A stretch of DNA of 62,191 nucleotides, filler included, from Globobulimina sp. (Eukaryota): NCBI GenBank assembly GCA_003354225.1. It is 34 parts of 34 records of this genome, joined end to end, with 100 filler letters (N's around TTAATTAATTAA, not from the genome) between each part and the next. Parts side by side here need not be neighbours in the genome. Positions count along the whole stretch, not along the records: positions 49,475 to 51,205 come from PIVH01012604.1; positions 51,306 to 53,036 come from PIVH01012605.1; positions 53,137 to 54,867 come from PIVH01012606.1; positions 54,968 to 56,698 come from PIVH01012607.1; positions 56,799 to 58,529 come from PIVH01012608.1; positions 58,630 to 60,360 come from PIVH01012609.1; 28 more parts are not named here. One strand, given 5' to 3'. Below, piece by piece: positions 49,475-60,460 of the stretch; positions within the stretch are counted from its first letter, which is position 1; each line of letters starts with the position of its first letter. The translations under genes and the position numbers were made by a program. The notes under the pieces are model-generated. The model searched no databases. It worked only from the letters and a program-made list of their open reading frames with translations, and had not been told where the DNA came from.

Positions 49475-49880
49475 TGGCCATGACGACGTCTTGATCGTGC
49501 CCAAATTCAGCCGACTTGGACGGCAGGGTTCCGGTAGCAATGACCTTCCCGCCCAGATCATAGAACGCCTTGATCTTCTTCAGATTGCTCCAGGAGATGG
49601 TCTTGTGCCCCGGCATGATCACCACTTGATATGCCTCATGATTGACCGAGTTCTCGAGCATCAGCCGCTGCCCTTCTACGCGGCACTTTTCATCCAGGAC
49701 TTCCGGATGGATGAACGTGTAGTCCCGGCCCACCTGGGTGGCCAGAAGTTCGCCGACATCCACGTAATCCGCTTCAGGGATGACCACGCCCCCCTTGTAA
49801 TGCCCCAGCTCGCCGTCCAGGCGGTGACCACCCTCCAGTGTGGCAATGGGATAGAGCACGGCAATATCTGCGACATGCCG
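49475..49880 (-). CDS. Bacterial glycosyl-hydrolase-like fragment (GH106/rhamnosidase-associated type), chimerically fused
   Basis: HVADIAVLYP...DYTFIHPEVL...YQVVIMPG...IKAFYDLGGKVIATG.LP; high GC against AT-rich neighbour. Confidence 0.65.
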
Positions 49881-50643
49881 TCCGTGATTCTGCAGCATCA
49901 CATTCAGCCATTCCAATATCTGAAGCTTGCTCAAAATTACAATGTGTACTGTTTCGAATATCTGCTAAAAATTTACAAACATTCTTATTTGTGATATCAG
50001 CATAAAATACATCTGAATTACGATCAGGTGGACATATACAATCCTTACTGCCGCTCATTATAAACACCGCCTTATTGTCAGGAACATGTTTTAATGAATC
50101 AATTAATTCATCATAACGGTTATCACAGCCAGACAAAGTAAATGCGGCATCGAATTCATATATAAATGTTTGACCTAAATCAAAATTCGAAATGGATAAA
50201 AATGTGGCACCTCCACCCATAGAATGTCCACTCGCCATTGATCTATTTCCGACCATACCGTACAAGGGACACGACACATTGGCATTGCATTCACCCCGCA
50301 ACCAATCCAACGTATATCGCTGTGCTGCGGCATATGTATATTCCCATATCCATGGATGTTCATAATCGCCTGGCATTGCTACAATATATCCGCGCGGCAC
50401 TAAATTTTGCCATATATAATTATACCATGTATTCTTACAATCGCCACCATGGTTGAATACTACCAATGGAAACGATAATGTTTTATCTGCTGTGCTTGGA
50501 TAATGAATACGAAGCGGGATTTTATTGCCTGGATGGACTGGATTTATTATTGTTGTTCTCCATTCAGATACATTGTAATCAGCGTCAATAAAACATAATA
50601 ATACACTAAATGCAAAGATTGCACTCATAAAACGCGACAACAT
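49881..50643 (-). CDS. Secreted chlorophyllase-like alpha/beta hydrolase (3' end replaced by bacterial DNA)
   Basis: Signal peptide; IHYP...FPLVVFNHG, RGYIVA.P, GHSMGGG, GSKDCICP, HCNF. Confidence 0.7.
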
Positions 50644-50733
50644 GTCCTCAGATCTTGCTTGTGCTTAAGCTGTCTTGCATGTCACCATCAAACTTTTGAA
50701 TACTATTTAAAATTCAATTAAATTCAATTCAAT

Positions 50734-51205
50734 ATGGACAGTTCATATAAAAAAATGGAGATGGCACCATTGAGTACGTCCGTAGCATCTTCGTGCGTAG
50801 CGGATAAAAAAAAAATACCAAAACAAAGACGAACAGCAGCAAGATTATTATGGGAGAAAGTGATTTGTGGTTCAATTGTTGCCTCCAAATTTGTCTCCAT
50901 TTTGACCACTCGGCGTCAAACCTATGCACAAGTTGATAATGATGGTCATGTATTTTGGCACATAAAATTAATGTTTGCTGCTCCCCAATTTGCATTAATC
51001 CCATTAACATTATTAATTAATGTATTTATCATTAAATTCTATCTGGATGATGTCGGTGTTTCTGCTGCATTTATTGCTTTTTTTCAAATATTTTCTCGCT
51101 CATTCGATGTATTGACAGGTACCAATGTATAATAATATATATATATATATATTTAATATCATTTATATGCGAATAACCGTGTTTTTATCGTTGTACCTAT
51201 ACAGA
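50734..51205 (+). CDS. MFS_2/GPH (MelB-like) transporter N-terminus (3' partial; intron from ~51119)
   Basis: KLMFAAPQFA...KFYLDDVGVS...SRSFDVLT. Confidence 0.7.
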
Positions 51206-51455
51206 NNNNNNNNNNNNNNNNNNNNNNNNNNNNNNNNNNNNNNNNNNNNTTAATTAATTAANNNNNNNNNNNNNNNNNNNNNNNNNNNNNNNNNNNNNNN
51301 NNNNNAGAAAACCAATCAATCAATATTGTATCAAATGTGTTAGTTCTTAACTGGATCACATGACCAAAAGGGGCGGGGTTTCAGCAAAGTTAAACAAATT
51401 TTGTGTAAGTTGATACGCCAACTGGTTCCGCGCCAAAAACGACCAGAGCGCGCAA

Positions 51456-53036
51456 TTATTGACCAGAATACGCAATGGCTTGCTTGATAATCAGGCAGCT
51501 ACAAAAGTTGGGGCGCCAAATCCATGTTTTATAAAAAATGTTAAACAAAGCCAAATTGAGTGTAGCCAGGAGGGGACAGGAAAAAGCAAGTTGAGCAACA
51601 GTTCTTGAGGTGTGAGATGAGGGTTGAGCATTTATAAATAATAGTAATAATCGGGTTTGTACATTTCCCCCTTTCGAGCTTGAGTCGTCCCGACGATGAA
51701 CGATGTTGGCTTGGACTCCAGTGAGGCTGGGTTGCTCGGTATCCATTGGCATTTGACTAGCATGTGAGGGACTGGTGGGACTAGAAATTTTGTTTGGATT
51801 GATGACCTGCACTTGGCTAGATTGATAAATGGTTTCCTGAGTAAAGGTCTGTTGAGCAATTTGTTGCTTCATGTCTGCTTGGAAGGCCGTAAGGCCAATT
51901 TTCTCTATAGGTATAGGGAATCCTGACTGAGGCACTGGCACTTGAGCTTCCAGGTCACATAAATTCCTTGAGAATGCTATTGATTTCTTGTCTCTGATTG
52001 GGGAACATGTGTAAGGAAGGTGGAAGTTGAAATGTTGACATCGCTCCAGAAATCGGTCTAAACCTCGGGAAATCACCAAATCGAAAAGTCTCTCTTTGTG
52101 TTGCATCACCAGTATATTTCTACACTTCTTCAATAGGAGCCCTCCATGGATTTTCAGGAGTTGTCCAATCTTTGGCATTCCCTCATCTACCAGACCAGTT
52201 AGAGCTTGTTTGTATCTAGGGTAGAAATAGGAAGCATGGCAAATACCATAGTCGGTGTGTTGTTTGAACTTGGCATAAGGTTTTCCATGTCTTGCCAACC
52301 AAGGTTTGTGTCCAGCAATGTAATCAATAGAGGTGTCTAAGGTCAGTTGAAGTAACTCAGTGGGGCTTAATTGTAGAACAAATTTGGTGTTGAAGTGCTT
52401 TATTTCATGGTATGTGAGCAGTTTAGCATCATCCTTTTCCAGGTATCCATTGTTCTTGTCTGGTTCTGATGATTTTGAATTCATATGGGGCTGTAAAGCC
52501 ATACATACATTCATACTTGTGTTGTCCATTATTTGGCCTTCTTTTGGCCAGCTGCCATTTCCCTCCGCTAGCGCGCGGGTTGTCGTCGTCGGTCTGAAGT
52601 CCGGTAATGAGTCTGAAAAGTGAACAGAATTGTCAATGATGGTTTGAATTTGAGTTTTTGACAATAATTCGACAGTTTTCTCTTTTCTTTCAGCTTCTAT
52701 TTCAGACAACATTCCTCCATAATTGGACGATTCTGTGTTTAGTTCCGACACATCAGTTGCTGACGGATCTTCTTCCACCGTATCTTGAGGTACAGTATCA
52801 TTCGTGTTAGGCTGTAAAGCCGATTCATTTGTCCGTGATTCAGGGTGAAATTTCGGTTGACTCTCATCGTCGGTTTCATTTCCTGAGTGATCGTTCATGT
52901 CGTTTTGCGTCATGACTTCCTCCTTTCGAGGTTGGTACCGTAATGTCACTGGGACGAGTTCTCCTTTTCTTCCTTCGAAAGTGTAATTTGGAAGTTCGGG
53001 ATAGCAGAGCGAAAGACGGTCGGAATTCACTGTGAG
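51456..53036 (-). CDS. Hypothetical protein (5' partial), intronless
   Basis: 524 open codons; higher GC than most host contigs; no recognised domain. Confidence 0.5.
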   Translation of the reverse strand, partial: LTVNSDRLSLCYPELPNYTFEGRKGELVPVTLRYQPRKEEVMTQNDMNDHSGNETDDESQPKFHPESRTNESALQPNTNDTVPQDTVEEDPSATDVSELNTESSNYGGMLSEIEAERKEKTVELLSKTQIQTIIDNSVHFSDSLPDFRPTTTTRALAEGNGSWPKEGQIMDNTSMNVCMALQPHMNSKSSEPDKNNGYLEKDDAKLLTYHEIKHFNTKFVLQLSPTELLQLTLDTSIDYIAGHKPWLARHGKPYAKFKQHTDYGICHASYFYPRYKQALTGLVDEGMPKIGQLLKIHGGLLLKKCRNILVMQHKERLFDLVISRGLDRFLERCQHFNFHLPYTCSPIRDKKSIAFSRNLCDLEAQVPVPQSGFPIPIEKIGLTAFQADMKQQIAQQTFTQETIYQSSQVQVINPNKISSPTSPSHASQMPMDTEQPSLTGVQANIVHRRDDSSSKGGNVQTRLLLLFINAQPSSHTSRTVAQLAFSCPLLATLNLALFNIFYKTWIWRPNFCSCLIIKQAIAYSGQ

Positions 53037-53158
53037 NNNNNNNNNNNNNNNNNNNNNNNNNNNNNNNNNNNNNNNNNNNNTTAATTAATTAANNNNNNNN
53101 NNNNNNNNNNNNNNNNNNNNNNNNNNNNNNNNNNNNTGTTTGTGTTGGCATTGCTCAC

Positions 53159-54810
53159 TTTTTTCGAAGTGCTCTCGTAATTTTCCTTTTTGATAATCAT
53201 CTTCTTGATGGATTCCTACTTCTTTTTGTATAATCGGTTAATGGCCGCTTCGATGCTGGGCTTGAAATGGTTGGACAGCAAAAACGAGACATGAATGCCC
53301 GATTGGTCCAAACGCGTCGACTGTTTGAAGACGATTTTGAGGCATTCTCCGATGGTACGAAAGTCGTTTTGCTCCAATTGGAACACCTGTTGTTCGAACA
53401 GCTTCTCGTAAGTCGACAGTTCTTTGTAGATCCACACAATTAGGCGGCTCATATGGACGCTGTTGAGCAGAATCGAGTGTTGCTGCACTGGTTTTTCTTT
53501 GACGTCGCTTTCCTTTTCATCCGCCATATCGAAGGGGTTCAAGCTCAAATTGGCGGCATTGGCGGAGGGCCGTTGTACGGTGGATTGGATTTCGATTTTG
53601 TTCAATAAATGCGTGTATTTGATGGTGCAAGTTATGATTTCGTCGAAGAAGACTTTGCTCAAATCCTGGATGTATTGCTTGACGTCGCCGTACAAACTGA
53701 TGGCGCGGATGGTTTGTTTCAATGCTTTGGATTTGTGCGATAAGTATAATTCCATTGTTTCGTCGACAAAACCTAACTTCATCAACAATGTCGACAGTTT
53801 ATCGCGTTTTATCTCTGGTAAATAGGAAGTGGACGACAGTTGGTCCACAATCAAGGATTCTAACTCATGAATGTGATTATTTATAAAGTTCATCGCTCTC
53901 TTCCTCGCTATATATGATATATTATATTAGAGGATGAGTGCAAGGATGTGTATATTATAGAAATTGCATAACAATGACCTGATTGCTTGAGGTTGACGTG
54001 CTCATTTTTGGCGGTCACAATCAAATCGGTGGCTTGTTGCAATTGCCTTAATTGGATATGTTGCAATATCTGTTCATGCATAGATTGCAGTACTTCCATT
54101 TCCTGCCGCTCTCTGTCGATCTGCTCCTCCTCATTGATGCCAATATCATTCAATATGTTGCTGTTATCATTGTTGTGGTGGTAAGGATGTCCCTTTTCTT
54201 TCTGTAACATTTTGAAATTAGTTTCATGCAAAGACTTCATAGAAATGCTCATAGATTTTAGCATATCGTCCATTTCACTCATTTGGTCCTCGATTTCTAA
54301 TACATTGCGACTCATAGATATGAATTCTTTGTATTGGTTTTTCACTTTTTTGGACAAGAAATCAGATGTTTGCGATTTGGACACTTGTAAATAGCGCAAT
54401 AAGTCTGGCACATCGCCAGTCGAGGTTTGACCAAATAGTTCTTTTATGTGCTGGTATAAATTGAATTTTTCATCGCCAAATATGCGTTTGGCGTTTTGTA
54501 GGGTTTGTATGCCATAAAAGGAGGTGCTAGTCCCTGTGGCCGCGATCGCGTGATTCGATATTTTGTCTAAAGAGTTTTTGTGCGATGTTGATTGTTTATA
54601 ATCATCCATTATTCCATTGTTGCCGTAGCCTCCGTAGCCGCCATTGCGGTTTCTGCCTGATTTATATTTGGAGCCTACGTTGGGTTTATTGCGTGAATAT
54701 TTAGACTTTTTCTTGAAATCCATGCTTTCAAAAATCTCTACAGTTTTACTAACCAAAAAAAACTTGTCACGCTTTCCTTTTAAACCTGGGCGCGGGCAAA
54801 CATTTTTCAA
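53159..54810 (-). CDS. EXO84: Exocyst subunit Exo84 (intron 53908-53978; in-frame TAG at 53216-53218; start and 3' end uncertain)
   Basis: V..QYKEFI.MS..V..IE.QM (Vps51-like) and GDVKQYIQDLSKVFF...SRLIVWI..EL..Y...F.QQVF...L...GI...FLL. Confidence 0.8.
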
Positions 54811-54988
54811 CTCCTCCGTGACAACTCAACCAAAAATAAATACTCAATGGGAAATCAAATAGGCAATNNNNNNNNNNNNNNNNNNNNNNNNNNNNNNNNN
54901 NNNNNNNNNNNTTAATTAATTAANNNNNNNNNNNNNNNNNNNNNNNNNNNNNNNNNNNNNNNNNNNNTTTTATACATATTCAGATTAT

Positions 54989-56215
54989 ATGTCCGTACGT
55001 TTAAACGACAATCGTATGGCATTAAAAGACAAACGAAACGCTCGCCATATCAATCATGTCATTCTTTCCAACAAAGAATTGTCCACGAAAGAGCATTATG
55101 TATCAAGTTTAAGGCATTTTGCTAAATATTGTATTTTGATGGATGAAGATCCATTCCTGATGCCTCTCGATCCATTGGTTGCCATGTATTGGATCTCTGA
55201 GCGTACCCTCCAAGCTGGCAATATCAAGTCCCTTTGCACGTGGCAGGCCACACTGGCTTGGATTTGTGAATTAAAAGGCTTTGGGAAGGACTTCCAACAA
55301 AATTCCGATTATTCCCGTTTCTTACATGACCTTCGTAAGCAATATCAGGAGGAATCCGACTCCCGATTGCCTTTCCAATTAAATCATATCATTGCCTATA
55401 CAATCCATTACAAGGCGTATGGGCGCCATTTATCCACCATAAATATCAATCTTTTGGTTCATGTCCTATTGGCACAGTTATATTTTTGCACTATGCCACG
55501 TCCCGGTGAATTATTACCCGGCGTCCGATCTTACCAATGTAATGGCCTCCGATACAAACATATCAAATTAATTAAGAACAGCACAAGTCGGAAGGACTAT
55601 TACTTCATTTTATCCATCGCATCCTTCAAAAACCAAAGTTCCAAGAAAATATATAAAAAGATATATGTTGGCAATTCCTCCTGTTTCAATCGCTGCATTC
55701 CAAATACCCAAATTGTTTGTCCCTGCCACTATATCAATCCTTATCTTTTGTTATCCGTTTACTTGAAACGCTGTCATGCTTTGCATGCCAACAAATCCCA
55801 CCGTTTCTCCATCTCACCAAAAGCGTTTGTCTTCCGATATTCCAATGGTTCTCATTTGAATACAACCACATTAACCAAGATTGCCAAGAAGATTGCCGTC
55901 ATCGCCAAATGTCCACAATGTGATATTCCCCGTTTAACCGCATACTCGTTTCGCATTGGAGGTGCCACGCTGTCCAATATGCAGCTAATCCCACAACCAA
56001 AGTTACTGAAATTCGTTGGGTGGAAGCCATCCCACTTACCGCATGTTTGTATGCGTTATATGCGATATCGTGAAGATGATCTGAGAATCTTTGTATTTGA
56101 GATCCTTCACGGCTCAGTTGAGCGTCATAATTCTCCACAATTAACATCATTCCATCTTTCCAATGAAGTGTTCGATCCATGGGCCTCTGACTTCAAATAT
56201 GACTCCAATAAATAG
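54989..56215 (+). mobile_element. Tyrosine recombinase ORF of DIRS-like (YR) element type
   Basis: N-terminal Y...LRHFAKYC SAM-like region; RPGELL, SFKN, YSFRIGGAT, VGWK, MRY; intronless. Confidence 0.85.
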
Positions 56216-56798
56216 CTGCTTTCACTTTTCCATGACTTTCAAGATGAAAGTGTACCCTTTTTCAGTTTGTTAGCAGTCAAAAACCAACTTCTGTTTCCAA
56301 CTTACTTCTATTTTCAATAATTACAATAAAAAAAGAGTCTCAAAATTCAACTTTCTTATCTCTAAATTTCTATATTCCAATTTGCAATTCTCTTCCTACC
56401 AATTTATATCTCTCTTTTCTCCTCTTTTTTCTGTCACAATTTCTTTGCCATTTATTCCATTTCATTCCATTCTTCCATTTCTTTACATTCCTTCTTCCAA
56501 ATTTATTCTATTCTGCCGCGAATAACTTCGAAATTTAAATTGCGAGCCTTACGGGATATGGGGTTTATGTATAGGATTATTGTTCAATTTTTGTTGAATT
56601 CCAACATCAATTACAAAATCCAATTAATTTTTAATTCATTTATTCCTCCCGTTTGCTCGTAAATAAATAAAAGTTAATTCACATATTAAAACTTGAAANN
56701 NNNNNNNNNNNNNNNNNNNNNNNNNNNNNNNNNNNNNNNNNNTTAATTAATTAANNNNNNNNNNNNNNNNNNNNNNNNNNNNNNNNNNNNNNNNNNNN

Positions 56799-56917
56799 GG
56801 ATAATCTAAAGTCTCTTCTAAATATACTGCCAATTTGGCATCAAATACATTAAGAATATTTGCCTTAACCATTTTAATCAAATCCCAACATTTGATTTTT
56901 CCCATACTTGGCTGAAT
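56799..56917. repeat. 119-bp exact direct repeat, copy 1 (contig start)
   Basis: Identical to 58411-58529 (ggataatctaaag...tggctgaat). Confidence 0.97.
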
Positions 56918-58517
56918 TCGACCATTCGAATCCGTAAATTATTATCTATGAATCTGCCGAATTCTTTCCATTGCAATGCTTGGATGTACAGATAAATGCT
57001 GATTTTGATTGATTTGATTGTCGTTCCTTGTTTTTTATGTTGATCTGACAATGTATTTAATGCGTCGCCAACCATTCGCACAAATTTGTATGCCGCATCT
57101 TCAGATTTCATGAAGTTTTTAATGCATGAATCGATATTGAAATATTTCTTGCTCCAATTTAATTCTCCACATAATGCAAAATAGCGTAATAAGCTCATTA
57201 TGTCACCACCACCTTCGGTGCATAAGTCATAAAATGCGATTCTCGCAAAAATCTTCTTGGCTTTGGTTACGTTGCCAGTAACCTCTTTGTCTAAATCTGC
57301 GATCTCTTTCTTATAATTCTCGTATAAAATCATATCTGAATACGAATAATTAATATTTTAATGTTGTAAATTAATGAAAAATAATGATTGAATGTACAAC
57401 ACAATGAAGTTCACGAAAAGTATGACGTAATTATTACACACCAGTGAAAAATGTCAAACTATGACACAATAAAAGGTAAAAAATAGAGAAGAAAGACTAC
57501 AAAGAAAGTATACAAATACATGAAAAACATACTGCTCATTACATATTTTTGGATGTCTTTATCCATTACTTTTCCACCACTGTATTTTTTAACTATCTCT
57601 TCCGAATATATCTGATCTGTTTTATCCTCAATGCCTGGATGGAAGAAATCTAAACCAGGAGCTAAGGCTGCTTTGTTTGATGAATTTACCGCTTTTCTCA
57701 CTTCCTTTTCAATGTCACCCACGTTGTTAACCAAAGTACGTGAATGTTGTCCTGCTACTTCATCGACATTGGCCTCTGTGTCTGATTTGTGTTTTGCTCT
57801 AATCTTCCTTTCCAACTCTTTTCTGGCTTTCTTTTTGTTTAATTTTTCTAAAATAGTCAGAGATGCACTGTCAGAGTCATCGTCATCTTCGTCACGCCCT
57901 AACTCCTTCAGCTCTTTCTGCCATTGTGTAATATCAACATCATCTTGATCTGATTCTTGTTTTTCTTCCTTATCCTCGTCCATTGCATCAGTTTGTGATG
58001 ATTCTTTCTGTCGCGATGATGATGTGTCATTGTCATGGATGTCCGCAATTAATTTATTCGGATCTAATATCGCCTCTTTGTATGCATCAAAAATGTCACT
58101 GGAATTGACACTGTTTTGTAATTTGCTGACCCAATCCCCTAAGCCTTTCCATTCAATATCAAATGTATTAATTTTATATTGAACTTTGGCTTTTTGTAAA
58201 CCAAATTCAATGCCATCGTACATTTCGAGATTCGGCGTGTTGTTGATGGTGATTTTGCGATCACCGGACGTGAGCCATTCATTCCACGATTTGGTGGCAA
58301 TTCTTGCTACGAATTTAGCAAAATCAATAAACTCATCGGTTCCTTGAGGGTTTGGATGTGCTGCTGAACCCTTCAAGGACTTCAATAAAGTGTCCACCAA
58401 ATTTAGCGTCGGATAATCTAAAGTCTCTTCTAAATATACTGCCAATTTGGCATCAAATACATTAAGAATATTTGCCTTAACCATTTTAATCAAATCCCAA
58501 CATTTGATTTTTCCCAT
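56878..58517 (-). CDS. Unknown helical protein on a circular/tandem 1612-bp unit (ORFs 57459-58517 and 56878-57333)
   Basis: Two long same-strand ORFs separated by intron-like AT-rich DNA (57336-57542) and overlapping across the terminal repeat. Confidence 0.6.
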
Positions 58518-58529
58518 ACTTGGCTGAAT
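58411..58529. repeat. 119-bp exact direct repeat, copy 2 (contig end)
   Basis: Identical to 56799-56917. Confidence 0.97.
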
Positions 58530-58691
58530 NNNNNNNNNNNNNNNNNNNNNNNNNNNNNNNNNNNNNNNNNNNNTTAATTAATTAANNNNNNNNNNNNNNN
58601 NNNNNNNNNNNNNNNNNNNNNNNNNNNNNGATGCATACAAACACTGCACCATATTACCATGCTGATACTGATGAGGAAGAAAATTATATTA

Positions 58692-60360
58692 CGAATCGAA
58701 TCGAATTTTATTCATACCCATAAGAGGTACATAGTAGTAAGAAACCGCAATAAAGCAGACTCAAGTCAAACTACTATAAAAGACCAGAAAAAACACTGAC
58801 ACATAGAAACATACATAATTTAAATTAAATTAAAACCCTAAACATGTAACACTTCTAATACATTTCGATCACATAATAATTGAAAAATGTCATCTTTCTG
58901 AATTCTAATACGAAATTTACTAAACTCCAAACTAATTACATCATCGCTTAATGAATTCCACAATTTTGAACTTAATGTAATAAACGATTTTTGACATCTA
59001 TCACGATCTACAAATGGTATTACAAGCTGCCGATTGTTAGTAACATTTCTTACACTTCTACGAACGCGCGTATTGTTAGTTTCGTATATTATAAATTCTG
59101 GTGGTAAAAAACGAAGTCCATTTACATATTTATATATTAGACACAAACGATTAACATACGTAGTACGGTAGATTGGACGTATATGTGATTTTGACAGCAA
59201 AACAGAATAAGCAGTTGCATAATTAAAGTTATTACATATAAGACGACATGCATATCTGTTAAAACGTTCAAGACGCAACATGTCTTTCTTAAACACAGGG
59301 TAAGAGACGGGAGAGGCATATAGAACAGCAGGTAAAACAATAGTTACATATATTCTACGAATAAGAGAGGATGGCACAAATTTGCGAATAGTACGTGAAA
59401 CACAACCTAGGGCACGGCGGCCTTTGGCAACAACTGTACGAGTATGGTCAGAGTAAGACAAACGAGGGTCGATCACAACACCAAGATACTTAAAAGTTTG
59501 GACACGTTCAATAGCATTACCGTTAACAGACAAAATTGAGGACAAGTGAATTGGTTGAGGAGAGAGCGTGAGCATCATATATTTAGTTTTAGATAAATTA
59601 AGATTAAGAGAAATTGATTTAAATGAATTATAAATTGCTTCCACGTCTTGACTTAAATAATTCTCTGCCTCAGGACAATTTAACGGACGGAGGTAACATA
59701 AGTCGTCAGCATACATTATTATACTACTACCATTTGACGTTGATAGATTACAGGTAGCATTGACATATGCAATAAAGAGAGGTGGACCCAATATACTACC
59801 TTGCACAACACCGGACAAAACTTCACGTGAACTAGACATGCAGCCATCCACGCGCACAGCATGCGAACGACACGACAAATACGATTTGAGTACGCATAAC
59901 AGATATTCGGGCACTCCATAAACATTCTCTAAACACGTGAGCAAGCTGCTGTGAACAACTGAGTCGAATGCTTTTGAAATGTCGAAAAATACCGCACAGA
60001 CGCCAGTTGCCCTTTTCGCCTGTACACACTGTTGGAAACCCTTAAGCACAAATGATTCAAAACTAACTATGGCATCGACAGTAGACCTAGCCTGCCGAAA
60101 ACCGAATTGCAATTTGCTTAACATTGGCTCTAGATATGGTAATAATAAACAATATAAATGTCGTTCAGCCGGCTTTGAAGGTATTGGCAAAATGCTGATT
60201 GGCCGAAGATCAGATGGATTCAGTGAATTAGACACTTTTGAGACTGGCGATATTATGGCATGTTTCCAGATGGATGGGTAAGAGCCCTCACAAATTATTC
60301 TGTTTATCAATGTGACAAGGGAAGGCACAAGAATGGTCGATCCTTCTTTCATCATCCGTG
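58692..60360 (-). mobile_element. Non-LTR retrotransposon (CR1/L2/Jockey-group-like): RT ORF 58838-60360 plus 3' UTR
   Basis: LRPISIL, QFGFR..RST, FFDISKAFDSV.H, GVVQGSILGP.LF..Y, YADD, KYLGV; 3' end AATAAA + (ATTCG)3. Confidence 0.93.
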
Positions 60361-60460
60361 NNNNNNNNNNNNNNNNNNNNNNNNNNNNNNNNNNNNNNNN
60401 NNNNTTAATTAATTAANNNNNNNNNNNNNNNNNNNNNNNNNNNNNNNNNNNNNNNNNNNN

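Noticed and set aside
49419-50643. Overlapping genes or HGT of a bacterial glycosidase next to a host hydrolase
   Set aside because: Sharp GC step at ~49880 with both genes truncated; chimera more likely
1735-60460. Regularly spaced TTAATTAATTAA motif resembling a repeat array or CRISPR
   Set aside because: Embedded in N runs of fixed length; artificial contig linker
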